Assembly (NCBI RefSeq): GCF_006345805.1 | Contig: NC_043006.1 | Span: forward strand, 39,680,001-39,744,000 | Source of the DNA: Octopus sinensis | Lineage: Eukaryota | Reading direction: 5' to 3' | DNA length: 64,000 nucleotides | Translations under genes and position numbers: made by a program | Part shown: one piece after another, positions 52,963 through 64,000 of the stretch | Numbering within the stretch: the first letter of the stretch is position 1 | How the letters are laid out: each line of letters opens with the position of its first letter | Notes under the pieces: model-generated | Told to the model about the DNA's origin: nothing | Seen by the model: the letters and a program-made list of their open reading frames with translations, nothing else | Databases searched by the model: none

Positions 52963-53052
52963 GATAAGTAATAGATATGTGTGTAATATGCGTGTCTGTG
53001 TAAATATGTATGTGCGCGCGCGCGTGTGTGTATGTATGTGTGTGTGTTTTTA
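51331..53052. repeat. Recent tandem duplication, unit about 860 bp
   Basis: 51331-52190 and 52191-53045 appear identical by eye except for microsatellite lengths. (GT)n-GTTTTTA recurs at all three boundaries. Confidence 0.95.
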
Positions 53053-53499
53053 TCTATATATATATATATATTACATACATTCCTATGCATGTGTGTTCCA
53101 AGGCTTCCACCGAAATAAAATGAGAACTGAATAAAATAATTGTTCTACGAAATACATAAAGCGTTCTGAATGGCCACATCGCTATTAAATTATATTGCCA
53201 CGGTAATGATCTTATCTGGCATTGCTTTCACTGTAAAAAGGCTGTATATATATATTATATATATATATATATTATATATATATATAACTATAGCTATTAT
53301 ATGCATGCATATATATATGTATATATATATATATATATACATTACACACACACGCACACCCACACACACACACCGTCATCTCGCAACACCTTTTTTACCA
53401 TTCCCTCATTGATTCAGCTCTCCTGTTTTTAAAAAACATTTTCCTCCTTTTTTACTACTTCCGTCTTTTCAGTATGTGACCTCGTGAAGACGACCAGCA

Positions 53500-53685
53500 A
53501 TTTTTTTTCCTCTGTCCTCCCGTCTCGGAATCTTTCTTTCTTTCTCTTATGTTTCCGACGAAGAGCTCCGCTCGAAACGTCATACCCTCCTTCTTCCATT
53601 TTCCTGAGCGCCTAATAATAATAATACTGTAATTGTTCCACGTGTTGTTGTTTTTTCTGTTTTCCCTTTTGGATTAACCTTATAT

Positions 53686-53690
<5 letters not shown>
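53500..53690 (+). mobile_element. Short non-coding element carrying an alpha hammerhead
   Basis: Inverted homolog of 30672-30860, ending ...ttttggattaac next to (TA)n. Confidence 0.7.
53551..53585 (+). ncRNA. Minimal hammerhead motif, family alpha
   Basis: GUUU-CCGACGA-A-GAGC[UCC]GCUC-GAAA-CG-UC-AUAC. U4>C change, otherwise canonical with an ACGU palindrome and UC site. Confidence 0.62.
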
Positions 53691-53742
<52 letters not shown>

Positions 53743-54244
53743 TACATATATATACATGTATATATATATAACGTATATATGTATAAGTAAATAAATATGT
53801 AAATATATACATATACATATATATATAGAAATATATATATGATATGTGTTTATATGTGACCATGCTGAGGCACCACCGTTTTTCAAAACAATAATCACTC
53901 AGAGACTCCTCTGATATGTGGCATTTGGTGAGTATGGGAGTTTGATGTCGCTACTCTCATTTGCGTCTCCTGCCGTGAAATAGGCACATCTGGGCCTCTC
54001 GATAGGAAGAGATCCAGTTTTGATTTGAAAACAGCTACATCCGCTTTGTGTAGGTCCATCGCACTCTTTCAAGGAATATTAAAACGGTGTGGGCCCCTGA
54101 AATCCGGGAGTTTGCAGTAACTGGTCCTGAAGCGCGATAGTATTGCTGGGATTTTTGGCACTGGGCAGTGGCGATCCGTTCTGGCATTTGTGTAGCTTTC
54201 AATGCCAACATATTAGTGTGTGTGTATGTGTGTGTGTGTGTGTG

Positions 54245-54395
54245 TGTAAGCTTGCTTACCTGCAACCTGTTTCTGGGTTCAGTGCCACTGCTGGCACCTT
54301 AGGCAAGTATCTTCTACTATAGCCTTGACCTGACTAAAGCTATGTGAGTGGATCTGGTAGACTGAAACTGAAAGAAACCCGTCGTATATATATAC

Positions 54396-54428
<33 letters not shown>

Positions 54429-54680
54429 AGTGTGTGTGTGTTGGTGGGTGGGTGGGTGGGTGTGTGTATGCTTGTGTGGATGTGTTTGTCTCCACACCAT
54501 CACTTGACAACAGATGCTGGTATGTTTACGCCCCCGTAACTTAGCGGTTGGGCAAAATGGGCCGATAGAATAAGTACTAGGCTTACAAAGAATAAGTCTT
54601 GGGGGCTGATTTGCTCGACTAAAGGCGGTGCCCCAGCATTGCTACAGTCAGATGACTGAATGAAGTACAAAGTAAAAGAA
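54245..54680 (+). mobile_element. SINE family B (head partly lost)
   Basis: gggttcagtgccactg...ggcaagtatcttctactatagcc...aagtactaggcttacaaagaataagt...ccagcatt. Confidence 0.85.
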
Positions 54681-55259
54681 AAAAGAATATATATATATAT
54701 ATATACATACGTATATATATATGTATATATACATACATATATATACATATATATATATGTATATTTATATATACATACGTATATATGTACATACACCTAA
54801 ACATATTTATATATGCATATGTAGGCATAGGAGTCACGAAACGTGAACAACAAAAAGATATGAAGTACGAGTACATGGAATATAAACTTTTTTTTTCGAA
54901 CAACGAAAGACACAAATGGAAAACAAGACAAACAACATAGAAAACTACCATTCATCAATTGTTGGCTGTTTTTCTACTCTCCTATTTCGAGCATTTATAT
55001 ATAGATATTATATATGTATATATATATATATATGAACAAGTGTACATAAGTGAAAGGAAATACGAAATGCACCGAAGGAACACAGAATGAACTGTTCGAT
55101 TTAACATAGCTGTATATGTGAAGCTTAACGAAAAATAGGTTAATGTGTAACAGGTAAAAATATCAAAAAAAAAGATTGCACTAGAGTCGGCAACCGTAAA
55201 CCACAGAATACAGCAAATAAAAAGAATGAGTTAATGAATTGTTCTAAAATTAAGTGATT

Positions 55260-55630
55260 ATTATTGTTGTTGATGTTGTCGTTGTTGTTGCTGTTGTTGT
55301 TGTTGTTGTTGTTGTTGTTAACATCGTAATCATCATCATAATCATCGTCATCATCTAGCGAAAACTATAGGATCATTAGATCAGGAACCACTATAGTATT
55401 TTAATTAAATGGAACTTAAGTTAATGAATTAATAATACTTATCAGAAAAGCTTAAGTACAATTATCATCATCAGCAGCAGCAGCAGCAGCCGCAGCAGCA
55501 GTAGCAGCAGCGTTATCGTTATCATCCTCGTGACGATCGTCATGATTGTCATCATCATCGTCATTGTCATAATCATCATCATCATCATGAACTCCAACAT
55601 CATCATGATCATCATCATGTTCATCAGCGT
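55260..55630. repeat. Mixed trinucleotide repeats (GTT, CAT, CAG)
   Basis: Directly visible. Confidence 0.9.
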
Positions 55631-56019
55631 CGTTTATAAGTCTCCAATGGAATTTCAAGTTAAGTGTGGTGTGGTGGAGAGGAAGTTTTAAAATCTTATT
55701 ATACAAATCAAATATTCGAAGATTAAATCAGGGCTGATTTTCTCTTGTTAATTATATTTAACAATTAAAAGATTTAAGAAATTAATACATGAAAACAGAA
55801 TATCAAATTGTTCTCCAAACTGGGAATTTTTCTTTTTGTTTTTCTGTTTTTTTTAAATGCCGATCATATTTAGACAGAAAAATAGGATTAAACACCGAAA
55901 GTTTAAATATAATTAATAAGTTTTAGAAATAAAATTCAGTTTTAAAATATAACTTGTCTATTATTAAACAGATAAAGTACCATCTTTCCTTTATACTTTA
56001 TCTTTTATGTGTTGCAACC

Positions 56020-56233
56020 ATTAGACCCTGGCCATGCTGGGCACGGCTTTGAAGATTTTCTAGTCGAACGAATCGACCCCAGTACTTATTTCGCATAAGA
56101 CTAGTACTTCCTCTATTTGTCTGGTGAATATATTTTTTCGCTCAATAAACACTCACAATGCCCGGTCTGGGAATCGAAATCGCCATCCTCTGACCACAAG
56201 TTCGCTGCCCTAACCACGGGGCCATTGCGCCTC

Positions 56234-56291
<58 letters not shown>

Positions 56292-56292
56292 A

Positions 56293-56342
<50 letters not shown>

Positions 56343-56370
56343 AAATAAATATATATATATATTATATATA

Positions 56371-56420
<50 letters not shown>

Positions 56421-56590
56421 TATATATGACGGTCTCCTTTCAGTTTTCGTCCAGCAAATCTACTTCCAAGCCTGCGGTAGTCCTGGCCTATAGTACAAGA
56501 CACTTGTCCCAAAGAGCCACAGAGTGGGACTGATCCTGGAACTATATAGCTGGAAAGGAAATTTCTTGCCACACTGCCATGCCTGTGCCT
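56020..56590 (-). mobile_element. SINE family B halves with a family C head (56137-56234) in between
   Basis: B tail 56020-56120, C head in reverse, CA/TA microsatellite, then B head 56428-56590. Confidence 0.7.
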
Positions 56591-57440
56591 GTATTTCTAA
56601 ATATTGATGAGGAATCCCGAGGAACTGTATGATAAATTAAAACTAGTGGAGCAATAACAACAGCGTGTCGAACTCGAACGATTGACCAACATAGCATAAA
56701 ATCAGAACAGCAGAAGTAATATGATGTTGAATTTGCATATGAATTTGTTTGAGGCTTTTAAGTTTTAGTCTCTTAGTATTCTTAAGAACAATGTATATTA
56801 GAATCTAACGAAGGTAAAAGCAATACATTAATTTTGAATTCTTAAGCAATCGGCCGTTGCCTACACATGTAATCTCCTCTCGCTATATTATTGTTGTTGC
56901 TCAATATAAATACAGTCGCCACCCGCTATCAACGGAGTCAGATTGACTATCAGCTGAATATCATTGTTAAGACTATAATTTGAACAAAATCTTGCTTCTT
57001 GATGCATCGAGGGAGAAACTGTTATTGCCATCTAGAAGTCACAAAAGACAGCTTGATTTTCCACTCAGAATATTTCGGAATTTGCCGACATTTCTACAAA
57101 ATTTTGTTAAAATTCTGGTGTCTCACAAATTCTCATCTCAGTCTACTTCTCTCGGTAGCCTTTTCCCAGAAAGAATCAATTTTATTTTACAACGAAAATA
57201 ATCTTTTTTTTTTTTTTTTACTTATCGAAAGATATTAGGATTTATGGGAGAGAAGCTATGATTAAGAGAAACAGATTAATAAAAGTGAGAATATATTGTA
57301 AGAATTTATGAGTCGTCTGTTTCTGCGAAAGGAAATAAGTATGAATAAAAGTAGCAAGGGGACAGCTCGCAAGGAAACAATAATAAATGACACTATATGA
57401 TAATATAATGGTAAAAAAGTTTATGAATAAACTAACATAA

Positions 57441-57512
<72 letters not shown>

Positions 57513-58655
57513 TGTGTGTGTGTGTGTGTGCATATATTTATATAGGACATCACCAATACTGCAAATAACATACAGACGAGAGATAGATATAAAACGTAAA
57601 CAGTAATTACAGGACAAAAACGAGTGAAATACGTAAACAAACGAGGAGAAAACTAGTGAAATATATACATATATATACATGCATACGTATAAAATATACA
57701 TATATATTCTAATAGGTATGGAAGCATCATGTATATAAACTAAAACTGATCTTGCAATTAGCGGTTTACATTTGGTTGCTAGTAGATACTTGGTACTGAC
57801 GAAGCCCAAAAAACCAGAAACACGATTTTAACCATGGTATCAAACTTTTATCAATAGCTGATGTATTTTTGTAATTTTATCCCTACGTATCTGTCAGAGA
57901 TGCCATCTCGAGGCAAATACCACAGTTTATCAACCTTTCAGTGATGCATAAACTTCAAGTGTGTACACAATTTACTATTTTCACCTTTTGAACTTTTAAG
58001 CTAATAATTCTTCTGTCGCTCATAGCGACAAAACTTCACAAAGCATCACTTCGACTTTGACATAACCGATGATCTGACAGAAGTGATCTTTTGGAACAAT
58101 ATGATGGTTTATGAATGTTTTAAAATGGTGCAATGGTAACTGTTTAGTAGATCTTCAAATAAATTTTTAAAGCTGATGGCACAGGAGGTTATAAGCTTTT
58201 GTAGCTAATGGAATCAATTGGATAATACTATTGACTAACGACGAAAACCTATATTGAACATAGAAATTGGGTACAATAACGTTGAATGAAACTGTATAAA
58301 ACGAATCACAGTGCATTGATACAGGATAATAGTTATAATATTTTCAGCAACGGAAAGATTTCATACAAAACTTTCTTCAGAAATTAAGAATTTCTAAAGC
58401 AAAGGAATGTAAATCAAGAAATCATGAGAAATTTCATGCAAAAGCAAATTGGTATCTCAAATAATTATGAAGGAATTATACGAAAGAGGAAGTGAAAAAA
58501 GTGACTGTGTAAGGGAAACCAAAAGGAGAGGAGATTGGTGGAAAACAGACATGAGTGATATGTTAAGTCTTCATGACACACTTTAGCTACATACACTTAC
58601 AATATGCATGCAGTATATGTATGTGCGTGTGAACGTGTGTATATGTGTCTGTCTT

Positions 58656-58725
<70 letters not shown>

Positions 58726-59345
58726 TTCGAGATAGAACATACTAAATTAATTTTATAAAAAACATTTCAGTACTGGTTTCAGTCATTGGGACTTTTTCAA
58801 CTGTAAGTATGGAAAACAATTAATTTTGGAAAAATTAAAAGAAAAGTTTTTAAAAAGAATATTTGCATAGTATATATGAGTGTGTGTGCGCGTATGTGTG
58901 TGTGTGTATGTGTGTGCGTATATCTATACGAAACAAAAAAATTATGAAGGTGAGCAACTGTTCCAGAATTCAGATTTTTACGGGCTTTAATTCCGTTCGA
59001 GAACACATAAATTTTCAGTATCCATTTTCAGATTTATGATTCCTTTAATTGGAGTTTATCTCTCTTTACATTCCAACGCTCTTATATCTAAATTCATAGA
59101 CCACGCACAAAGAGATTTACCAGATTAAAAACCATTGTGTAAAAGTTGTTTCTTTTTATTTTCTATGGCATAAAATATTGCATTTGTGTGGGTGCTCCAT
59201 GATTCCCACATTCTTGAATAAGGTGGCATATACATATATCTTAATTCGTAGCATTCGTAAATGTCATGGAAAGAAAATTTTAAAACTGTGTAGCAATATA
59301 TGTCTAACTATCCAGTTATACTCTATATATATATTCATTCATATA

Positions 59346-60030
59346 CAGGGTGTTCGAGCAAAATTTAACGATTTTGCTGTTTCCTTTTTTCAGGAACACC
59401 TTGATGTATCGGTAAAACGTCAACGGCTTTGGAGGGTAGAAAAATCCGAGCTGTAGTTGAGAAAAAGTTAGCTGACATAGAGGACTGAAAGCCATAGGAT
59501 TATTGAAAAGGAGTTAACTATATCATAATGATTCGCGCTGCGTATGAAAATGATGACCTTGTGACTGCAGCTCAATGATCTGTAAAGACTGTAAGACATG
59601 ACATGGACAGCTGCAACAGATACTAAGAAGCCGTACCTAGCAGGAGGTAGCACAGCAGGCATTCTGACTGCATCCGCACGCCGGAGTTCCTCTAGCAATT
59701 TCAGGACAATATGATGGAAGAACCGAGCAAGAGAATGCAGGTTTTGACCACTGAAGTGGGTGTTAGAGTCGCTACCATGAAGCTAGCTCTAAATGAGAAC
59801 CACCGTAGCTACCACTCGTGAAAGAGGTGCAAGGGTAAAATTCTGACAACAAAATCCAATGAGGAAAGTCTGATGAAGGCAAAAAAGCTGCTGAACCACC
59901 TGTGGCATCTTTTGAGCCGGGGATGACCTGGTTCTTCTCAAATGAAAAGAACTGCCGGGATCAGTTGCACAACAGCCAGAGAAACATGTGATTTCCGACA
60001 ATCCATATGATGTCCCATACGGCACTGAAA
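59346..60030 (+). mobile_element. maT/DD37D-like Tc1-mariner element, 5' part only
   Basis: TA|CAGGGTGTTC terminus at 59344. ATMKLALNENHRSYHS*KRCKGKILTTKSNEESLMKAKKLLNHL, then after a frameshift EPGMTWFFSNEKNCRDQLHNSQ (59929-; WFFSDEKxF motif). Confidence 0.8.
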
Positions 60031-60145
60031 CATGACAACTTTTAGTTTTGAATTACTGTTCTTGCTTAGACATATGTACGACAGATAAGTTCCTTAAATT
60101 CCAAGTCTTCCAACTTTACATGTATAATACCACTATTGAAACACG

Positions 60146-60740
60146 AATAAATAAAGAAAATATATTTACACAAAAATACAAATAAATAAAGAAAATATAT
60201 TTACACAAAAATACAAATAAATAAAGAAAATATATTTACACAAAAATACAAATAAATAAAGAAAATATATTTACACAAAAATACAAATAAATAAAGAAAA
60301 TATATTTACACAAAAATACAAATAAATAAAGAAAATATATTTACACAAAAATACAAATAAATAAAGAAAATATATTTACACAAAAATACAAATAAATAAA
60401 GAAAATATATTTACACAAAAATACAATAAATAAAGAAAATATATTTACACAAAAATACAAATAAATAAAAAAATATATTTACACAAAAATACAAATAAAT
60501 AAAGAAAATATATTTACAAAAAATACAAATAAATAAGAAAATATATTACACAAAAATACAAAAAATAAAGAAAATATATTTACACAAAAATACAAATAAA
60601 TAAAGAAAATATATTTACACAAAAATACAAATAAATAAAGAAAATATATTTACACACAAAAAATACAAATAAATAAATAAAGAAAATATATTACACAAAA
60701 ATACAAATAAATAAAGAAAATATATTTACACAAAAATACA
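60146..60740. repeat. 35-bp minisatellite, about 17 copies (aataaataaagaaaatatatttacacaaaaataca)
   Basis: Exact 35-bp periodicity, with small indels in later units. Confidence 0.97.
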
Positions 60741-61231
60741 AAACACGACTAAATTAACATAAACAAGCTACACAAACACTAACTCATAGAAACTTAACAC
60801 AGTTCAATGACTACATACAAACTACATTCCTATCACTCTACCACTTGAAAGATTAAATTTAGAGAGCCTTGATTGTCTGGGACTACCACTAGACATGTTC
60901 ACTCAGCCATCACAGTTTTAACTTTCAGCTCAATAACTATTGTCACATGACGTTAACAATTGGACATAGCGGGGAATTTAGTCAACATTCTAGGTCTAAT
61001 TACCTGATCATCGCCTTCAAATCAAATTGTATCCTAAACGAATGCTAATATGAGCCATGTTCTCTCCATAAAAATAAAGTGAGTTTTCGAAATCCGGTTA
61101 GAAGCAAAGAAGTTGTGGTATAGCCCTGTGTCTTTCTAAGTCAACGATTGAAAATCAGAAAAATCTGTGAAACCGGTTAAAAATTGAATAAATCTGTAAA
61201 AGGGCTCTCAGTGCATTTTCAATCTCATATA

Positions 61232-61422
61232 TCCTGTTTCTCTTGTACCTGTATTTCAAAGGGCCAGTTTTGTCACACTCTGTGTCACGCTGAATCTCCC
61301 CGAGAACTACGTTAAGGGTACCCGTATCTGTGGAGTGCTCAGTTACTTGCATGTTAATTTCACGAGCAGGTTGTTCTGTTGATCGGATCAACTGGAACCC
61401 TCGTCTTCGTAACCGACGGAGT
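61232..61422 (+). mobile_element. SINE family C tail type 1, 5'-truncated
   Basis: Matches 21675-21868. Confidence 0.85.
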
Positions 61423-61849
61423 TCAATGATGTTCATATATTTATGTATCTATGCACATAAGCACACACACACACACACACATACACACACACACACACAC
61501 AACACACACACACACACACACACACATACATACATATGTATTGATTTTTACTTGTTGATATCAAAGTATGTAAAATACGTCTTCCGGCGATGGCAAACAT
61601 ATATGGTATTATATATCAGCTTCTGTGTGGATATATTGTATGCATTGTGATACGGTACCTGTATTGCGGCAGTGCTTTGAGGAATAGAAGCAACATAAAT
61701 ATAGAAAAACATTTGTCTCGTATACTAAGTGACGTCATTTTCGCTAACGTTTATCTTTCACTTGAAAGATAAACTTGAAAATAATCTTCGTATCCTACCA
61801 TGCTACTTGGAAATTTTGACAAGTATTAACTCTCATCCTCTGCTGTTTT

Positions 61850-62328
61850 TATCTTTTACTTGTTTCAGTCATTTCCCTGCGACCAAAAAATATCGATCTT
61901 CGCCCCCAGTACTTACTCTTTTACTCTTTTTTACTCTTTTACTTGTTTCAGTCATTTGACTGTGGCCATGCTGGAGCACCGCCTTTAGTAGAGGAAATCG
62001 ACCCCAGGACTTATTCTTTGTAAGGCTAGTACTTATCATATCGGTCTCTTTTGCCGAACCGCTAAGTTACGGGGACATAAACACACCACCATCGGTTGTC
62101 AAGCGATGTTGCGTGGACAAACACAGACGCACAACCATATACACACATATTTATATACATATATACGGCGGGCTTTTTTCAGTTTCTGTTTACTAAATGC
62201 ACTCACAAGGCTTTGGTCGGCCCGAGGCCATAGTAGAAGACACTTGCCCAAGGTGCCACACAGTGGGACTGAACCCGGAACCATGCGGTTCGTAAGCAAG
62301 CTACTTACCACACAGCCACTCCTACGCC
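61850..62328 (-). mobile_element. SINE family B, full length with a partially duplicated tail
   Basis: Aligns with 47712-48146. Confidence 0.88.
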
Positions 62329-62947
62329 TTGTGTATTTTTGTTTTTGCTTTCTATTTTGCTCTTTTTTTGTTTTATTTTCATTCAAGTCTGGTGCTTACT
62401 CTATCGGAGGTCTTAGGCCGAACCTCTAAATTCGGGGCATAAACAAACTAACGCCGGTCCTCTTCTGAAGTGGTGGTGCGTGGGTGGGGTGAGGGCTATA
62501 GAGTCAGAAAGACACCACACACATACGATTTGACTGTTAATTTCAGCAGGTCAACTTTCTGCACAGAGACCTCGTTGTTTCTGAGAGTCTATAAAGGCCA
62601 CAAATATATAACATGGTCAGAAATGCTTCCTAAAGACTAGATCTGTTTTCTAACAGCTAGAATCGGCTTCCGTTCTGAATAGCTACAGATCCTTTCCTAG
62701 ACAATTGTTCAATTCATTTTCGTACACAGTTCATTTATCGAAGTTACCAAGCTGTCATGCAACCAAACATATTACAGCGTTCAGAAACGCGCTCCATATA
62801 TTTGAACACTGACTTTATGCATCATCAATCTACCCAATCCTCAATCATTTCTGCTATTCCGAGCTGCTAAACACTGAACCATTCCCGCCCAATTCTTTAC
62901 AATACATGTCTATAGCTCCACGTTTTATCCTATGTAATTTGAATCTT

Positions 62948-63216
62948 TCACAAGCTATGGGTGCAGAGATTATGGCATGTTTTACAAATCTGACTCGCAA
63001 CAACATGATTTTGGCTCGGAAAACTTGTGTGCATCTTTTTTGAATAAAGGACATGCACTACAGCTTTGGCAAGGCCAACATCTTTTGATTGAAATTTGGT
63101 AGGGTAAAACTGTGAAAAATCTTCGGAAGAGTTATCCCCATCCTTCGTTGATACACTTAATCCGCCTCCCGGTTCAGATCCAACATCCAATTGTTGGGTA
63201 CCTAGTGATGTCTTCT
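62948..63216 (-). CDS. Unassigned candidate coding exon or decayed element ORF
   Basis: About 93 open, non-repetitive codons ending ...QICKTCHNLCTHSL*, with a weak tttgcaatAG acceptor at 63217-63218. No recognised homology. Confidence 0.15.
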
Positions 63217-63382
63217 CTATTGCAAACTATCATATGAGGTATCAGGTCAAAAGATAACATCCTATATTCCTCATTCAAGTTCTAGAGAACCCCAGAAATC
63301 ATCGTAGGTACAGCCGTTTCTCTGTTAGACAATATATGCTTTTAAATATCCGCACAAAGTGTTTCCCGCTGTCCTTTATATC

Positions 63383-63699
63383 TTTTTTATTTATTTATGC
63401 GCCCTTTTGAAGCCTAACCAGGCTCGTGGGTCCGGTTTCCCGGTTTCTATGGCGTATGTGTTCCCCCGAGCTGGGCGGGACGCCAGTCCATCGCAGCGTA
63501 ACTCAAAAAACAGGAAGAAAGAGTGAGAGAAAGTTGGAGCGAAAGAGTACAACAGGGGTCGCCACCACCCCCTGCCGGAGCCTCGGGGAGCTTTAGGTGT
63601 TTTCGCTCAGTAAACACACACAACGCCCGGTCTGGGAATCGAAATCGCGATCCTCCGACCGCGAGTCCACTGCCCTAACCACTGGGCCATTGCGCCTCC
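63383..63699 (-). mobile_element. SINE family C head with V-domain-like tail (type 3 variant)
   Basis: Head ggaggcgcaatggcccagtggttagggc, then gctgcgatggactggcgtcccg...gaaaccgggaaaccgg as in 36715-37017. Confidence 0.85.
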
Positions 63700-64000
63700 T
63701 TTATTTACACAAGGGAAATCATCAGGAATTGAATCCTCCCTGTTTTTCCTGCCAGCGGCAGATTATAGCAGTTCATCTTAATCGCAGACTACATAGGATG
63801 CACCTTTCACATGGCACCTCCAAAGTTTTTGTATACGACCTCGGCTTCCTTGAATTTGATGAATGTGAACACAGTTTCTTTTTAATGCTGTTCCAGTAAT
63901 CTTTCTGCTTATATATACTATACAAAATTTACATCAAATAAATAACAACGCCATTTTGGTCATTACGTCATGTCTAAGGATCAAACACAGTATTCAAACA

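Noticed and set aside
55452-55706. Asp/His/Ala-rich ORF resembling an acidic biomineral or metal-binding peptide
   Set aside because: It coincides exactly with CAT/CAG/GTT microsatellites, and there are no splice signals or unique flanking coding sequence.
60146-60740. 35-bp repeat as a CRISPR array
   Set aside because: The units are contiguous with no unique spacers, the context is eukaryotic and there are no cas genes.

Overview
AT-rich, repeat-saturated eukaryotic non-coding DNA. The SINE families and microsatellite load look like an octopod cephalopod (Octopus sp.) genome; this rests on recognition, not a search. I cannot support any host protein-coding gene. Almost all ORFs in the supplied track are translations of (TA)n/(CA)n/(GATA)n/(AAT)n microsatellites. 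Recognisable content: (1) a decayed Tc1 transposon (4303-5820) and two maT/DD37D-like transposase remnants; (2) a cluster of R4/Dong-clade RLE retrotransposon 3' ends inside (AAT)n arrays (33.0-35.9 kb), interleaved with a non-coding AAT-flanked element; (3) about 30 copies of at least four tRNA-derived SINE families, including multimers flanked by a single target-site duplication and one SINE head carrying several alternative 3' modules; (4) several foldback MITEs, a 159-bp spacerless palindrome, a piggyBac-type and a Helentron/DINE-type short element, an 860-bp tandem duplication and a 35-bp minisatellite. The most notable signal is about ten minimal type-I hammerhead ribozyme motifs (CUGANGA / stem II / GAAA / palindromic stem III / UH) in at least three sequence families. 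Several sit at the 5' end of short dispersed non-coding elements, which points to a population of Penelope-derived, retrozyme-like self-cleaving elements.
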